A DNA stretch of 64,000 nucleotides from the human T2T-CHM13v2.0 reference genome, Homo sapiens (GCF_009914755.1 NC_060944.1); one strand, 5' to 3'. Shown: positions 37,709-52,312, counted from the first letter of the stretch. The notes: a model not told the origin generated them from the sequence alone. A program made the numbers and translations.

Positions 37709-39106
37709 TGAATGAATACATATTCTCCTTCATGTTTAAAAAAATCATGGGCTAAATAATGCCCTCTAAGATTTTTAACCTAATGCTCTGATTTGAGGAA
37801 TTAAATATATAAATTTAATAGTGTCTTCTTTGATAAGAATAATTCAGAATTATTCTTTCTTTTGAAAGTTTGTTGTTTGATATCTAAATGGACAGTTTCT
37901 GCCCAAGTAAGTCTCTGGACACGCCTCCCATCTTCAAAGGAGTGTACTTATATTTTTCCCCCTTCATCAAGGCAAAACAATTTATTTAGCTAAACAGGCA
38001 CTGGACAAATAATTTCACAATATCTAAGTAGAATATTTAGGCATTCAACTCCTGTCTTTTTATACATCTTTCTTTACCTATCAGCAACTTATATCTAGTG
38101 ATGATAATTTTGCTTCTAAATCCAGGCTAAATGTTTTCATAGGAGACTAAAACTTGCTTCTTAGCCTCAGGTAATGAGTAGAAAAAACTAAAGTTTGCAA
38201 GGATAGAGGAGATTAAATCTAAAAAAATAAAAAGATCCCCTTGGTGCGATCCAATTTGAATCTAGAGAATCTTTGTTCCAGTTCTCAACGGTGAGCCACT
38301 TATGTATGAAAACCAAATTGCTTCCCTCATGCTAATTAAATGCTTCTCAGGAATTCATATTGTGTTTGTTTGCTAGACTCTTAGAAATTCCAAATAATTC
38401 AACAATCATTTGTCCTCTCATTTTTGCCTTCAAAGGTAACTTAAAAGGGATGACCTCTTGGGAAACATGTTGTCACTATCTGAAAATACTGCATATAAGT
38501 ACATGGCTAGAATTCATTCAGAAAAAGAGGTGGAAAAAGACATTTGGGTGCAATTCTAAAAAGATCTTGCAAAATGTCTCCCTGTTTTGAAATTCCCAAC
38601 GGGATGATTCTCATCCCTGCCCTTCACCTTTTGGATATAGAACTCATAAAAGAAAAGGAAATGTCTTCATTTTCAAATGAGCACACCAGTGTTCTCCGTA
38701 TTTTTTGTCAAGATTTTGTTTCTGGCAGGGAATTTGAGAAAAACCAAAATTAACCCAGCTGCAGGTGTGCACAGATAATCCCTTCTTCTCTTTGTTGAAG
38801 AGGAAGAAAAATGTGGTCCTTTTTACTCAGTTTAATGACCAGGCACTGCTTTATCTCTCCTTGAAGGACTTTAGAAGAAGCTCTTCAGTGGCTGCCATGG
38901 AAAGGATTTTGGTTTTGCTGATTTCATGGCTGGGAAGCTTACATTAGGACTGATTGGAGAATCTGTTTTATTGTTTTGCCCTTTCATGTATCTCTGCATT
39001 AGTAGTAATATGTGACTAATAAAGTAAATAGAATAGAGCAGAATGAAGTTTAGAGCAATCCCAAACAAAATATCTAACTAATTCATCTTAATTAAAAGTT
39101 GGCTTC

Positions 39107-39452
<346 letters not shown>

Positions 39453-39548
39453 TAAAAATGTTGACAATGAAAACAAATACATATGCTACTTACATGCCGA
39501 GCTGCTGTTGTTTTACGTTAGTTTTCTTTAACCAACTAAATTATAGAC

Positions 39549-39845
39549 TTTTGTTTTTGTTTTTTGGCAAGGTCTCTCTCTGTTTTGCAGGCTGGAGTGC
39601 AGTGGCTCAATCTCGGCTCACTACAAACTCCTCCTCCCAGGCTCCAGCAATTGTCTTGTCTCACCCTCCTGAATAGCTGGGACTACAGGCGCATGCCACC
39701 GCGCCCATCTCATTTTTGTATTTTTAGTAGAGATGAGGTTTCACCATGTTGGACACGTTGGTCTCAAACTCCTGACCTCTGGGGATCAGCCTGCCTCAGC
39801 CTTCCAAGATGATAGGATTACAGGCATTAGCCACCAGGTCCAGCC
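39549..39845 (-). mobile_element. Diverged AluS/J
   Basis: Dimeric Alu with (TTTTTG)n tail. Confidence 0.9.
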
Positions 39846-40483
39846 GAATTTTGTTGGTTTTTACCTTAAATTTCATTTTACTTTATTATTTTTCTTTCTG
39901 ATAATTGACAGCATAAATTTGAGTTGTCAAGCTGCAACTGTGTGAAGTCTAATAATGTACATTGTGGGTTATATAAACTCCCAACTTTTTTAACTTCCTT
40001 CTCTTCTGTTGTTTCTTATTTGTTATCAATCCCTCTGTAAAAAAAACAAAAAAAAACAAAAAAAACAACAAAAAACAAAAACAAAACAGAGAATGAGGGA
40101 ATATAAAAACAAATTAGTCAAATTCATTACGGTTTTGCCTTGATGAAAGTTTGGAGAAGATAAATAATGAGAAATTTATGCTTTATTATATTTTTGAATT
40201 ATTTGTGCTATAATTTACTTTTTTACTTTCTTTCCTCATTTCTCTCTTATTCCATACCAGGTCCTTTCTATATGGGTTTTGCATTTTCAGCTTGAAAAAA
40301 AAAAAAAGATACCTTCAGTATGGGCTCTTTATTTTTGTGATTTAAATAAAATACTCACAGCCATATATATGAGTATAAAGTTTTTTCCTGTTACAAAAGG
40401 TCTGTTAAAATTTTATTAGATTCATTTTTAGCTATGCCATTTTTATTATTACATGGAGTATTAAAAGTTTGCTTAGATTTGCA

Positions 40484-40700
40484 TTTTATTTTATTTTGTA
40501 CAAATTTATGGGGTACCTGTGCAATTTTGTTACATACATAGATTGTGTAGTGGTCAAATCAGGGCTTTTAGGGTATTCAACACTCAAACAATGTATACGG
40601 CACCCCTTCTGTAATTTCTCATAATCCTACTCCCTCCTGCTGGCTCACCCTTCCAAATTTTCATGGTCCATCATTCCACTCTCTACATTGGTACACATGC
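40484..40700 (-). mobile_element. L1PB3/4-like 3' end
   Basis: CAAATTTATGGGGTACCTGTGCAATTTTGTTACAT...GTGGTCAAATCAGGGCTTTTAGGGTAT. Confidence 0.85.
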
Positions 40701-41249
40701 AATATTTTTTACAATGATGTTTATATCCTGCTCCTATCTGAGGCCACTCAACTCAAATTCCTAGCTTGTTATAATAGTTTTCTCCATTTCCAATTAATTT
40801 CCATGCATTACTTGAGTAGATAATTTAATCACCTAGAAACAATAAAAACGTGTCCCTCTCCTTCCATTCAAAGCTCTATATATTATTTCTTGCCATATTA
40901 CACTGGCTGAAACCTCCAGAGAAATTCTTGTTCATAGTAGAAAGAGAGGGTGTGTGGGGCTTTGGAATTTCTTATTTAGTACTCAAAACTCACATTCTGA
41001 ATGGATCAATGATGTGATTTTACAACTAAGGCATTACAATTGGCCTCAACCAATTTTCACTTTTCTCTTCTAAATGTCTGCTAGGATTACCATGTGAGGG
41101 TCCTAATAAGAAGTTTGTAAGTTTTAGAAGTTTTTGATTTTCTGAAATAGAGGGCTGCTGCCCTCTATCATGTATCATGCTTGAGTGTGTGCGTGTGTGT
41201 GTGAGTGTGTGCATGTGTGTGTGTAAAAGAGAGAGAGAGAAAGAATATG

Positions 41250-41830
41250 ACCAAAAAGAGATAAAATATTACCTATCTGGAAGGTGTAATATATGATAAA
41301 AGAAATCTCTAAAAAAGAAGATAAAATAAAACATGGAGGTTAAATAATAACTATCAAGAAAATTATTTATAAATACTAACCTTTCTAGAGCTGAATGGCT
41401 GAATGACATATGTTTTAAGATTTAAGGTGCCTATAAACTGCTGAACAAAATATATATATTTTGAAATACTTTGTATATAACTTGTGAATTTTCAGAACAC
41501 CAAGGATGCACAGAAGCTCTTTAAATTTCCAGAAAGAAAGTAGTGACCTCTTATAAAGAAACATAAGTTGTTTTCACAAAATGAAACCATACTTCACTGG
41601 CAATTCTGGGTCACAGAAATGTTTTCGGTAATGTTTTTACTGATCTTAGCAAAGAAGAAATTTTTTTTTTTACCTAAATTCTACAACCAGCCAAAGTGTC
41701 AGGGACAAAATTAAAGATATTTTCATATAATCAAAGCCTCAGAGTTACTTTCCATTCATGCTTTATTAGATTGTGCATATACTTGACAGCAAGAGAAATA
41801 TAAGAGAGATAAGAGAAATATAAATTAAAT
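41250..41830 (+). mobile_element. HAL1/old L1M ORF1-like fragment
   Basis: Degenerate ORF1-type motifs (TTCTAGAGCTGAA, TTGTGAATTTTCAGAACACC, ACCTAAATTCTACAACCAGCCAAAGTGTC). Confidence 0.5.
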
Positions 41831-43129
41831 GTAAGGGAAAAAGCTACCCTGAAATGCATTACTTTTTCTTACCATCTAACTCTGAGCTAACCTGATACTT
41901 TTAGATTTATTAAAAAAGAATACCCCACATACTTTCCATGTGAATTCATGAACATGGGTGATTTTATTTATTTGACATGATAATTAATTCATAACATTAG
42001 GAAAGAAAGTTACTTCATAAAGGAAATCTTGGTTTAAACAAGATCTGGTGGTGGAGCAGAGAAGGAATGTTTAACTTATTATAATAAACTGCTATTCTCA
42101 AGCACTTTTAAAACCACATCAGCAGTCGCATCAGTAATCAACAGAATAGGAAATAAACATGTTCTGTTCATCATAAGGGTCTCAGCAGGACCCTTGCATA
42201 GGTAGACTGTTGTTGAAAGTGGATCCTCATTACTGCCCTCAAGTTGAAAGTGAACATATGGTGCCTCTTTTAACATTTTCTTTGTTTCCAGATTCAGGCC
42301 AACTCTCCTTGCAATTATTTTGAATGGGTGGAATTGTGGTCCATTTGTTTCTGGAGCATTTTATTAATTTTTTTTCATTATGGAAAAGAATGTGACTCCA
42401 CATATCCTAAGAGTAAAAAATACAAGGAAATAATCTCATCTAAGTTATTTCTGATGTCAAATCACACAATCCAGAAGTCAGGCTACAGTAAACCATAAAA
42501 AGAATAAGCTTTATTAAAAGCCACTCTAAGTTACAGGAAATTGCAATTAGGCGGGTGTATTACTAGACATTTCATAAGACATTTCCATGAGATGTAAAGG
42601 CAGATTTCCGGTCTTTTTATGACCCGAGTACACTCTGAATACACTATATCTTATTTAACAGGTTTAAAGTTAAAATATGTTAATAACAAATGTTATTAAA
42701 GTGTGTCCAGCCTGTTTTCACAGAAAATGATGAAACAAAGCAGAGAGGAAGAAAATCCTGGATCTGTCTTGGCCAATGGTTGGAGAAAAAAGGGTAGTGC
42801 TACCTAAGAAAATTTAAAGCAACATCTGTCAATAAAATCTGTTAAAAGAGTCAAGGGTAAGTCAAAAAACATTTCCTTATATTAATGTGTTTTATGAAAA
42901 TTTAAAGTAATTTACAGTGAGAAGAGACAGCAGGGACACAATTCATTGTACATATGGTATGAATATGAGTGTTATTTATGTACACACAGAGATAAAGAAA
43001 TCGAGTGTATGCATATCCATATGTGCACACATATATTGCATCCTCTCAATAACTAAGCTGCACATATAGAAAATACAAATATATGATCCCCTATATAGAT
43101 TGTATAGCTGTTATCCGGAAAGAATTTAA

Positions 43130-43870
43130 GACAACTAAAGGTTTTTCATAGTTTCCAAAAGAGCTTATTTGTATGCTTTTATAACCCTGCCAATAAACAT
43201 ACAAATGCGGAGACCAATTTTGTCAACACTCCATACCTACTATCCAGAATTAACAAATGATATTGACATTTGAATATATTTGCTTTCACATCATCTTCTT
43301 CTCTTAAATAAATACAATGTGGCAGATCTAGTTGGTGCCACCCTTTCTCTCAATTTCTTTTCAGAAGCTACTTCTAAACTGAAACTTGTGAATACCATTT
43401 CCATCCAAGGTTTTATGCTTTTGCAACCTACGTGTGTGTCTGTAAACAATCATATTTTCCATGTGTTTTTTATTTGACTATGTTAGCATCCTTATGTATT
43501 CTTATACAACTCGTTTTATTCACTCAATGTATCATTACTTTATGACATTTTATTATATAAACAGACTATAATTTATTCCTCCATTGACTTACTGGTGGCA
43601 TTGAGGTTGTTAGCAATTTGTGGAACTTTCAAATTATATAATTCATACCTTTAAACATGCCTCAGTGAGCACATGTTCAAAAACTTTTCTACAACACATA
43701 ACTCAAAGTGAAATTGATGCATGGTCTACTAGAAATATCTATATATTAGAAATTGCCATATTGCTTTCCAAATGGTTATTAGTGTTTACATTCCCACAAG
43801 AATAAAATATGGAAGTTTTTATTGTTCCGTGCCTCACCAACACTTGATATTAGTTTTCCCATCATATATA
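43130..43870 (-). mobile_element. Old L1ME fragment
   Basis: Degenerate antisense L1 3' patterns (GCCATATTGCTTTCCAAA, TTTACATTCCCAC, CCTCACCAACACTTG). Confidence 0.55.
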
Positions 43871-44238
43871 ACACAAATACAGAAAGAATGTTATTTCTGT
43901 GTGTGTTTGTGTGTATACATACACATACAAACACACGAGTTTAAGTTTTTTTGGTTGAATGAGTATAATATAAAATGTTTTAAGAGAAATGTACAGAATT
44001 TAATGAGTATCAAATATGAGTTAATGTCTTCTCACTTTATCAAATTTTATTTTCCATCTTTATTTTGAAATGGTTTAATTGCACCAATTTATTGGTAAAT
44101 AAATAACATTTTAAGAAAATTAAAACAGTTACCCAGGGCTGCACAGCTCTTGTGAGCGTTTTGGGGTCAGAGTGTTTGTTTTCAGAGCCTGTTTGTTTTC
44201 CTCTATCTTAGCATATGTGCCTCACATTTTATGAAATA

Positions 44239-44673
44239 CAGTTGACCCTTGAATAACAGGCATCTGAACTGAAACAGTCCACTTATATGAGGATTTTCTT
44301 CCACTTCTGCCACTCCTGAGGCAGCAAGACTGACCCTTCCTCTCCTCCGTCACCTCCTCAGTCTATTCAACATGAAGATGATGAGGATGAGGACCTTTAT
44401 GATGATCCACTTTCACGTAATGAATTGTAATACATTTTCTCCTCCTGAGAATTTTCTTAACAACATTTTATTTTCTCTAGCTTACTTCATTGTAAGGGCA
44501 TAGTGTATAATACATATACAAAATATGTATTAATTGATTTTATGTTACTAGTAAGGGTTCAGATCAACAGCAGGCTATTAGCAGTTAAGTTTTGGGGGAG
44601 TCAAAAGTTATACACAAATTTTCTACTGCACGAGGTCAGCACTTCTAACTCCTGCATTGTTCAAGGGTCACTG
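44239..44673 (+). mobile_element. Tigger2a-like non-autonomous Tc1/mariner element
   Basis: TA|CAGTTGACCCTTGAATAAC ... TTGTTCAAGGGTCACTG|TA: TIRs, TA TSD, 435 bp. Confidence 0.92.
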
Positions 44674-45502
44674 TACTTTCATATATTGTATTGACCTTGC
44701 AGGGAAGATGTTCTATTTAGACTTAAAACATGTTTCCAGTGTAAGGCCTACAATATTATATTTTAATCAAATTTTATAAAATCCTAAATATATTAAATAT
44801 CCTTTCTAAAAAAATTAGAAAACAAAACTCAGATATGAATCACTGATTTAGGAAAACATAGGTGATAGATGTAAGATTTGAACATAGTCCTGCTTCTCAG
44901 TCTATTTCTCTGGGCTTTTATTTATTCCTTTCATTTTGTTTCAACTGAGAAATGTTGAAGAGAGTCATCTGCAAGGACTTTGTCACAGGGAGCATTCCTT
45001 AAAGATGAGTTTAATTTTAAAAAGAAAGTGTATAAGGAATTATGGGCTTTCTAAGTCAATGGCCTAGAAAAGTTAGGTCAGAGCTTCAGACTGACCAAAG
45101 ACCTTGTAAGATACCATGTATGTTTGCAGGGTTTAAGGAGGTAAATATACTTCAAAGTATATTTCTGATGCTAAAAGAGAAAGCATTTGCTTAGATCCAG
45201 ACATGATATCGAGAATTGACCCAGTTAAAAAGAAAACCACAAAGCACTATTTGTTCCTCATGAAAATTATTAGAAAACCATCCCAGTCTCTAGACATTAT
45301 AATAAATCTCCATGTGGCAATTTGCAGTTTATCCTTACCTCTGAGTTACTAGAATTTTTCCCACAAGTAATTTGCCTTGTTGCTTAATATTTGACTACTA
45401 AATGCAGAAGTCCTCAAGAGTCTTTGTGTTTCTTCTTATTTTTCAATACCTGAGAGAACATGAGGTCTTCACTTCTTGGGTAAATAATTATAAATACACA
45501 TG

Positions 45503-45759
45503 AGCAGCAATATAGCAGAGTTTGTATAAATGCTGGTTCTGGAATCCCAGTGCTGGATGCAATCATGACTCCAACACTCACAAGCCTACAGAACCTGGGA
45601 TACTTATGCAAACTCTTCCAGCTTTGGTCTTCTCATTTGTAAAATGAAGGTTTTGGTGGTTCATATGTCATGAGGGTTAAACAAAATTAAGCATATAAAA
45701 TAATTAGCAAAATGCCCAGCACCTAATGAGCACCTGTGTTAAACATTATTATCATCATT
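45503..45759 (+). mobile_element. MIR, near full length
   Basis: GCAGCAATATAGCAGAG...TTCTCATTTGTAAAATG...TGAGGGTTAAAC...ATGCCCAGCACCTAATGAGCAC...ATTATT. Confidence 0.8.
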
Positions 45760-45821
45760 TAGATCTACATGTATACATTGCATAGTTTTATTTAAAACTA
45801 TGAGATTATTTAATAATCTCA

Positions 45822-45853
45822 TACACAAACACACACACACACACACACACACA
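45822..45853. repeat. (CA)n microsatellite
   Basis: Read directly. Confidence 0.9.
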
Positions 45854-46799
45854 AATAGCCACTAGAGTGCATAAAATCACTAAAGAGAGTTGAGCATGCA
45901 GAACTGTAAACGATACCTTGGCAAAATTCATATAGCAGGTTCTTGGAGAAAGAAGATAATGCGTGTGTCAAAAGCTTTCAACTTCAAAACAATTAAAGAG
46001 TTTCCAATAACAGGGAATTTATTTGGATCAAGATAATGACTTGTATCCTTTTATTCACTCCACTCTGTTGAAGTGACAGAAAAAAAATGTAAAAAGAAAA
46101 ATAAATAAATAATAGGCATAGGAAAAGAAGGGGTATGTTTATTAGGTTAGAAACTTTTCAGAAATTTCCAGTAGATGGAGGATGGCATGAAAATAAGGAA
46201 ACAATTAAACAGGGAAAATAAAACCCGAAATATAGGAAGCAGAAATTTCTAGAGGTGGTGAGAAGAGCATTTACTAACTAAGCCTCAGAAGAATCTCCCC
46301 AAATTCAACGGGATCCAGAGTGGCTTAGGGGTGATCATCAGGAGAGTTCATTTAAGGCTGAGTTTGAAAGAGATGTTCCTTATCTATTTAAGCCCGGTGA
46401 CTTCAGAGGCAGAACTATTTTTTGTTTTTCAGCACAAAGTTATTTCTAAACAAGGATGAGAATCAGCCTAAAGTAGGTCTTTGTCATGAGTCTGGGGACT
46501 GAAATGTTAAGCAGATCCTCAATCAACTACAGACTGCATTCTTCCTTCAGAATAAAGCTCTTACTACCAGCTTAATTGCGTTGGCCTCACCTAGAAGACC
46601 TACAAAGTGAGGGTTTCACTAGAGAATAGTTAATGTACAGCCACAGGGAGAAAGCAAGAGTGCCCACACCTAGAAACAGTTTCCTGCCGTCCATGTTCTA
46701 CTGAAGGTCCTGCCTGTCCCCAACAAGCCATACTAAAACAAGAAACTGAATCCACCAATGCACATATAGGAGTATTCTTTGGTTGAGAAAGAACAACCT

Positions 46800-47121
46800 G
46801 GCCGGGCGCGGTGGCTCATGCCTGTAATCCCAGCACTTTGGGAGGCCGAGGTGGGAGGATCACGAGGTCAGGAGATCAAGACCATCATGGCTAACATGGT
46901 GAAACCCCATCTCTACTAAAAATACAAAAAATTAGCTGGGCGTGGTGGCGGGCAACTGTGGTCCCAGCTACTCGGGAGGCAGAGGCAGGAGAATGGCGTG
47001 AACCCTGGGAGGCGGAGCTTGCAGTGAGCCGAGATCCCGCCACTGCACTCCAGCCTGGGCGACCGAGCGAGACTCCATCTCAAAAAAAAAAAAAAAAAAA
47101 AAAACAAACAAAAAAAAACAA
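46800..47121 (+). mobile_element. AluY
   Basis: Y diagnostics GGAGATC.AGACCATC.TGGCTAAC, GAATGGCGTGAACC, GGAGCTTGCAG; long A tail. Confidence 0.95.
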
Positions 47122-47445
<324 letters not shown>

Positions 47446-47776
47446 TTAATTTTAATCTTGAAACAGATCAATAATATGTGTTCACAGATATGATTACATA
47501 TCCCCAAATCACTAAATGTTGAAACAATTACTATCAAAGAAAGCCATCATCTGCAAATAAATTTTCTACAAATTAGTCTTCACAGTTCTTTAAAAACCTA
47601 TTACATCCATTAAGAACAGATGAATTATGACAAAGAAACAAACTGTTAGCATTCTTAGAAATATATATATTTATGTATATACATGCCTATATATGTATGT
47701 ATGTATATACAAAATTATAGAATAATAGAGACTGAGTTGCAGAAGTGATAATGGGATAAATCAGGAGGAATATTCT

Positions 47777-50166
47777 CTTTTTAAATTTCTCTTATTTCAA
47801 TAGTTTTTAGGGGTACAGATGGTTTTGGTTACATTTATAAATTCTTTAGTGCTCATTTCTGAGATTTTAGTGCACCTGTCACATGAACAGTGTACTCTGT
47901 ACCCAATATATAGTCTTTTATCTCTCACCCCACTTAACACCTTCCTCCATGAGTCCCCACCTTCCATTATGTTATTCTTATACCTTTGCATCCTCATAAC
48001 TTGGCTTTCACTTATAAGTGAGAACATACGATATTTGATTTTCCATTCCTGAGTTACTTCACTTGGAACTATGACCTCCATCTCCATCCAAGTTGCTGCA
48101 AAAGACATTATTTTATTCATTTTTATGGCTGAGTAGCATTCCATGGTGTATAGCTACCACATTTGTTTATCCACTCATTAGCTGATGGGCATTTAGGTTG
48201 GTTCCATATCTTTGCAACTGTGAATTGTTCTGCTATAAACACGCATGTGCACGTATTTTTTTCACGCAATTATTTCTTTTCCTTTGGATAGATATCCGGT
48301 AGAAGGATTGCTGGATCAAACAGTAGTTCTACTTTTAGTTCTTTAGGAAGTTTCCATATTGTTTTTCATAGTGGTTGTACTAATTTACATTACCCCCAGC
48401 AGTGTAAAACTGTTCCCTTCTTGCCATGTCCATGACAACATCTATTGTTTTTTCACTTTGTAATTATGTACTTTTCACTTTTTTAATCTATGTACTTTTT
48501 ACTTTGTATTTTTGCAGGAGTAAGGTGGTATCTCTTTGTGATTTTAATTTGCAGTTCCCTAGTGGTTAGTGATGCTAAGCATTTTTTCATGTGTTTGTTG
48601 GCTGTTTATATATCTTCTTTAGAGAAAAGTGTATTCATGCCCTTTGTCCACTTTTTGATGGGATTATTTGTTTTTTCTTTGCTGATTTGTTTGAGTTACT
48701 TGTAGATTCTGGATACTAGTCTGTTGCCCAATGCATAGATTGTGAATATTTGCTACCACTCTTTGGGTTGTCTGATTACTCTGCTGATTATTTCTTTTGC
48801 TGTACAGAAGCTTTTTAGTTTAATTAGGTCCCATTTATTTATTTGTGTTGCATTTGCCTTTAGGGACCTAGTTATAAATTCTTTGCCTAAGCTGATGTCC
48901 AGAAAAGTTTTCCTGATGTTATCTTCTAGTTTTTGATCCATGTTGAGGTGAGTTTTGTGTAAGGTGAGAGATGGGATCCAGTTTCATTCTTCTACATGTG
49001 GCTTGCCAGTTTTCCTAGCACCATTTATTGAATAGGGTGTCTCTTCCCCAATTTATGTTTTTGGATGCCTCATCAAAGATCAGTTGGCTATAAGTATTTG
49101 GCTTTATTTCTGGATTCTCTATTCTGTTACATGGATCTATGTGTGTATTTTTATACCACTACCATGCTGTTTTGGTAACTATAGCCTTGTAGAATAATTT
49201 GAAGTCAAGTAATGTGATCCCTCCAGATTTGTTATTTTTGCTTAGCATAGCTTTAGCTATGTGGGCTGTTTTCTGGTTCCATATGAATTTTAGGATTGTG
49301 TTTTCTATTTCTGTGAAGAATGATGATGGTATTTTGATGGGAATTCCATTGAATCTGTAGATTGCTTTGGGCAGTACGATCATTTTCACAATATTTATTC
49401 TTCCCACCCATGAGCATGGGAAGTGTTTCTATTTGTTTATGTCATCCATGATTTCTTTGAGCTGTGTTTTGTAGTTTTCCTTGTATATTTCTAAGTACTT
49501 TATTTTTCTGCAGCTATCGTAGAAGGCATTGAGTCCTTGATTTGATTCTCAGCTTGGTCTTTGTTGGTGAATAGCAGTGCTAGTCCTTAGTATACATTGA
49601 TTTTGTATCCTAAGACTTTACTGAATTTGTTTATCAGATCTACAAGTTTTTTGGATGAGTCTTTAGGGTTTTCTAAATATACGGTCATATCATTGGCAAA
49701 CAGCGACAGTCTGACTTCCTCTTTTCCAGTGTGAATGCCCTTTATTTCTGTGTCTTGTCTGATTGTCCTAGCTAGGACTTCCAGTACTATGTTGAATAAA
49801 AGTGAAAGTGGGTATCCTTGCCTTTTTCCAGTTCTCAGGGGGGGATGCTTTCAACCATTCTGCATTCATGTAATGTTGGCTATGGGTTTGCCATATATGG
49901 CTTTTATTACTTTGAGATAAGTCCCTTCTATGCCTATTTTGTTGAGGGTTTTTATCATAAAAGGATGCTGGATTTTATCAAATGTTTTTTTCTGCAACTT
50001 TTGAGATAATCATATGGTTTTGTTTTTAATTCTCTTTATGTGATGTCACATTTATTGACTTGCATATGTTAAACCATCCCTGCATCCCTGGGATGAAACC
50101 TACTTGATCGTGAAATACTATCTTTTTGATGTGGCATTGGATTTGATTAGCTCGTATGTCACTGAG
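47777..50166 (-). mobile_element. 5'-truncated L1PB1/2-like LINE (~2.4 kb)
   Basis: L1PB 3'UTR (TTTCAATAGTTTT...TTTCTGAGATTTTAGTGCACC); ORF2 remnant [26 protein letters not shown]; TSD GGAGG(A/T)ATATTCT at 47764-47776 and 50167-50179. Confidence 0.93.
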
Positions 50167-50521
50167 GGAGGTATATTCTTAAGGAATGAAGGATAACATT
50201 TTAAAAATGGAATTGATGAGGGAAAGCAAATATATGTGAAAAATAACATCTTCTGACATCTGTTTAACAGGAGTTTCAAAATGAAACAGTAAAATAGAGC
50301 AAGTTATGATTTTAATAGAAAATCATTACTCAAGATACATATTTTCATATTAAATCTTTAGATTATAAAAGCCTAGCAAAACCAAAACAACAAAATTGGG
50401 AATGGGGCAAGACCCTCATCTAAAACCATCCTACCTCAAAAAGCCTTGTTATGTGAGAAAAGTAAAACACTGGATTTGTTTGATCCTGCTTTTTGACATT
50501 GATTCCTAGTAGATTCATGGA

Positions 50522-52312
50522 CAACCATAACTCATTTTATCGTGTTTTACTTTATTGCTCTTTACAGACACTGTATTTTTACAAATTGAAGGTTGTGGCA
50601 ACCCTGCATCAAGCAAGACTATTAGCACCATTTTTTTTTTCACATAGCCTATGCTCATGTGTGTCTCTGTGTCACATTTTGGTAATTCTTGCAATATCTC
50701 AAGCTTTTGCATTATTGCTGTATCTGTTATGGTGATATGTTATCAGTGATCTTTGATGTTACTATCGTAATTGTTTTGGGGGGCCATGAACCATCCTCTA
50801 TAAGATGGGGACTTCATAAATAAATGTTGTGATGCTTTGACTGCTCCACTGACAGGCAGTTTCCCCATCTCTCTCCCTTTCCTCATGACTCTCTATTCCA
50901 TGAGTCACAACAACATTGAAACTAGGTCAGTTAATAACCCTATTATGACCCCTAAGTATTCAAGTTAAATAAAGAGTTGCATGTCTCTCACTTCAAATCA
51001 AAAGCTAGAAATTAGTGAGCTTAGTGAGGAAGGCAAGTTGAAACCTGAGATAGGCTGAAAGCTAGGTCCTTTATGCCAAACAGTTAACCTAGTTGAGAAT
51101 ACAAAGGAAATGTTCTTGGAGGAAATTAAAAGTGCTACTCCAATGACTACACGAATGATACAAAAGCAAAAACTGCCTTATTACCAATATGGGGAAGTTT
51201 GAGTGGTCTGGGTAGAAGATCAAACCAGCCCCAACATTCCCTTAAGCCATAGCTTAATTCGGAAAAAAAGCATTATTTCTCTTCAAGTCTATGAAGGCTG
51301 AGAGAGGCGAGGAAGTTGCAGAAGAAAATTTGAAAGCTAACAGAGGTTGGTTCATGAGGTTTAGATAAAGAAGCCATAACCATAACATAAAAGTAAAAAG
51401 GGAAACCACAGTGCTAATGTAGAAGCTGCAGCAAGTTATCCAGAAGATCTAGCTAAGATAATTGATGAAAGTGGCTACAATAAATAACAAATTTTCAGTG
51501 TAGACAAAACAATCTTCTATTGGAAAAAGGTGCCATCTAGGACTCTACCAGCTGTAGAGGAGAAGACGTTGCCTGGCTTCAAAGGACAGGCTGACTCTCT
51601 TCTTAAGGGTTAATGGAGCTGGTAAATTTAAGCTGAAGCAAATAACTCATTTACCATTCCAAAAATCATAGGACTCTTAAGAACTATACTAAATCTACTC
51701 TTCCTGTGCTCTATAAATAAAACAACAAAGCCTAGATGACAGCACATCTGTTTACAGCATACTTTACTGAATATTTCAAGCTCACTGTTGAGACTTACTG
51801 CTCAGAAAGAAAGAATCCTTTCAAAATATTACTGTTCATTGCCAGTGCACCTGGGCACCCAAGAGCTCTGATGGAGATGTACAAGAAAACTAATGTTTTC
51901 ATGCCTGCTAACACAACATCCATTCTATAACTCATGGATCAAGGAGTATTTAGGCTTTCAAGTCTTGTTATTCAAGAAAAACATTTTGTAAGGTTATAAC
52001 TGACATGGATGGTGATTCCTCTGATGGATCTAGGCAAAGTAAATTGAAAACTTTCTGGAAAATATTCATCATTCTTGAAGCCATTAAGAACATTCATGAT
52101 TCACGGGAGGAGGTGAAAATATCAACATTTATAAGAGTTTGGAAGGAGTTGATTTTAATTCTCAGGTATGAATTTGAGGGCTTCAAGACTAGTGGAGGTA
52201 GTGGCTGCAGATGTAATAGAAATAGCAAAAGAAATAAAATTAGAAGTGGAGCCCAAAAATGTAACTGAATTGTTGTAACCTACCGATAAAACTTGAACAG
52301 ATAAGGAGTTAC
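50522..52312 (+). mobile_element. Tigger1 DNA transposon, 3'-truncated, dead transposase
   Basis: 5' end CAACCATAACTCATTTTAT...ACAAATTGAAGGTTGTGGCAACCCTGC; DDE remnant MTAHLF...[17 protein letters not shown]...[10 protein letters not shown], with stops and frameshifts. Confidence 0.93.

Noticed and set aside
48450-48510. ~22-bp degenerate triplication in L1PB
   Set aside because: Local slippage inside a dead LINE.
50930-52312. Tigger1 transposase as a domesticated TIGD1-like gene
   Set aside because: Multiple stops and frameshifts, and the DNA motif of the DDE core is mutated (IASAPGHP).
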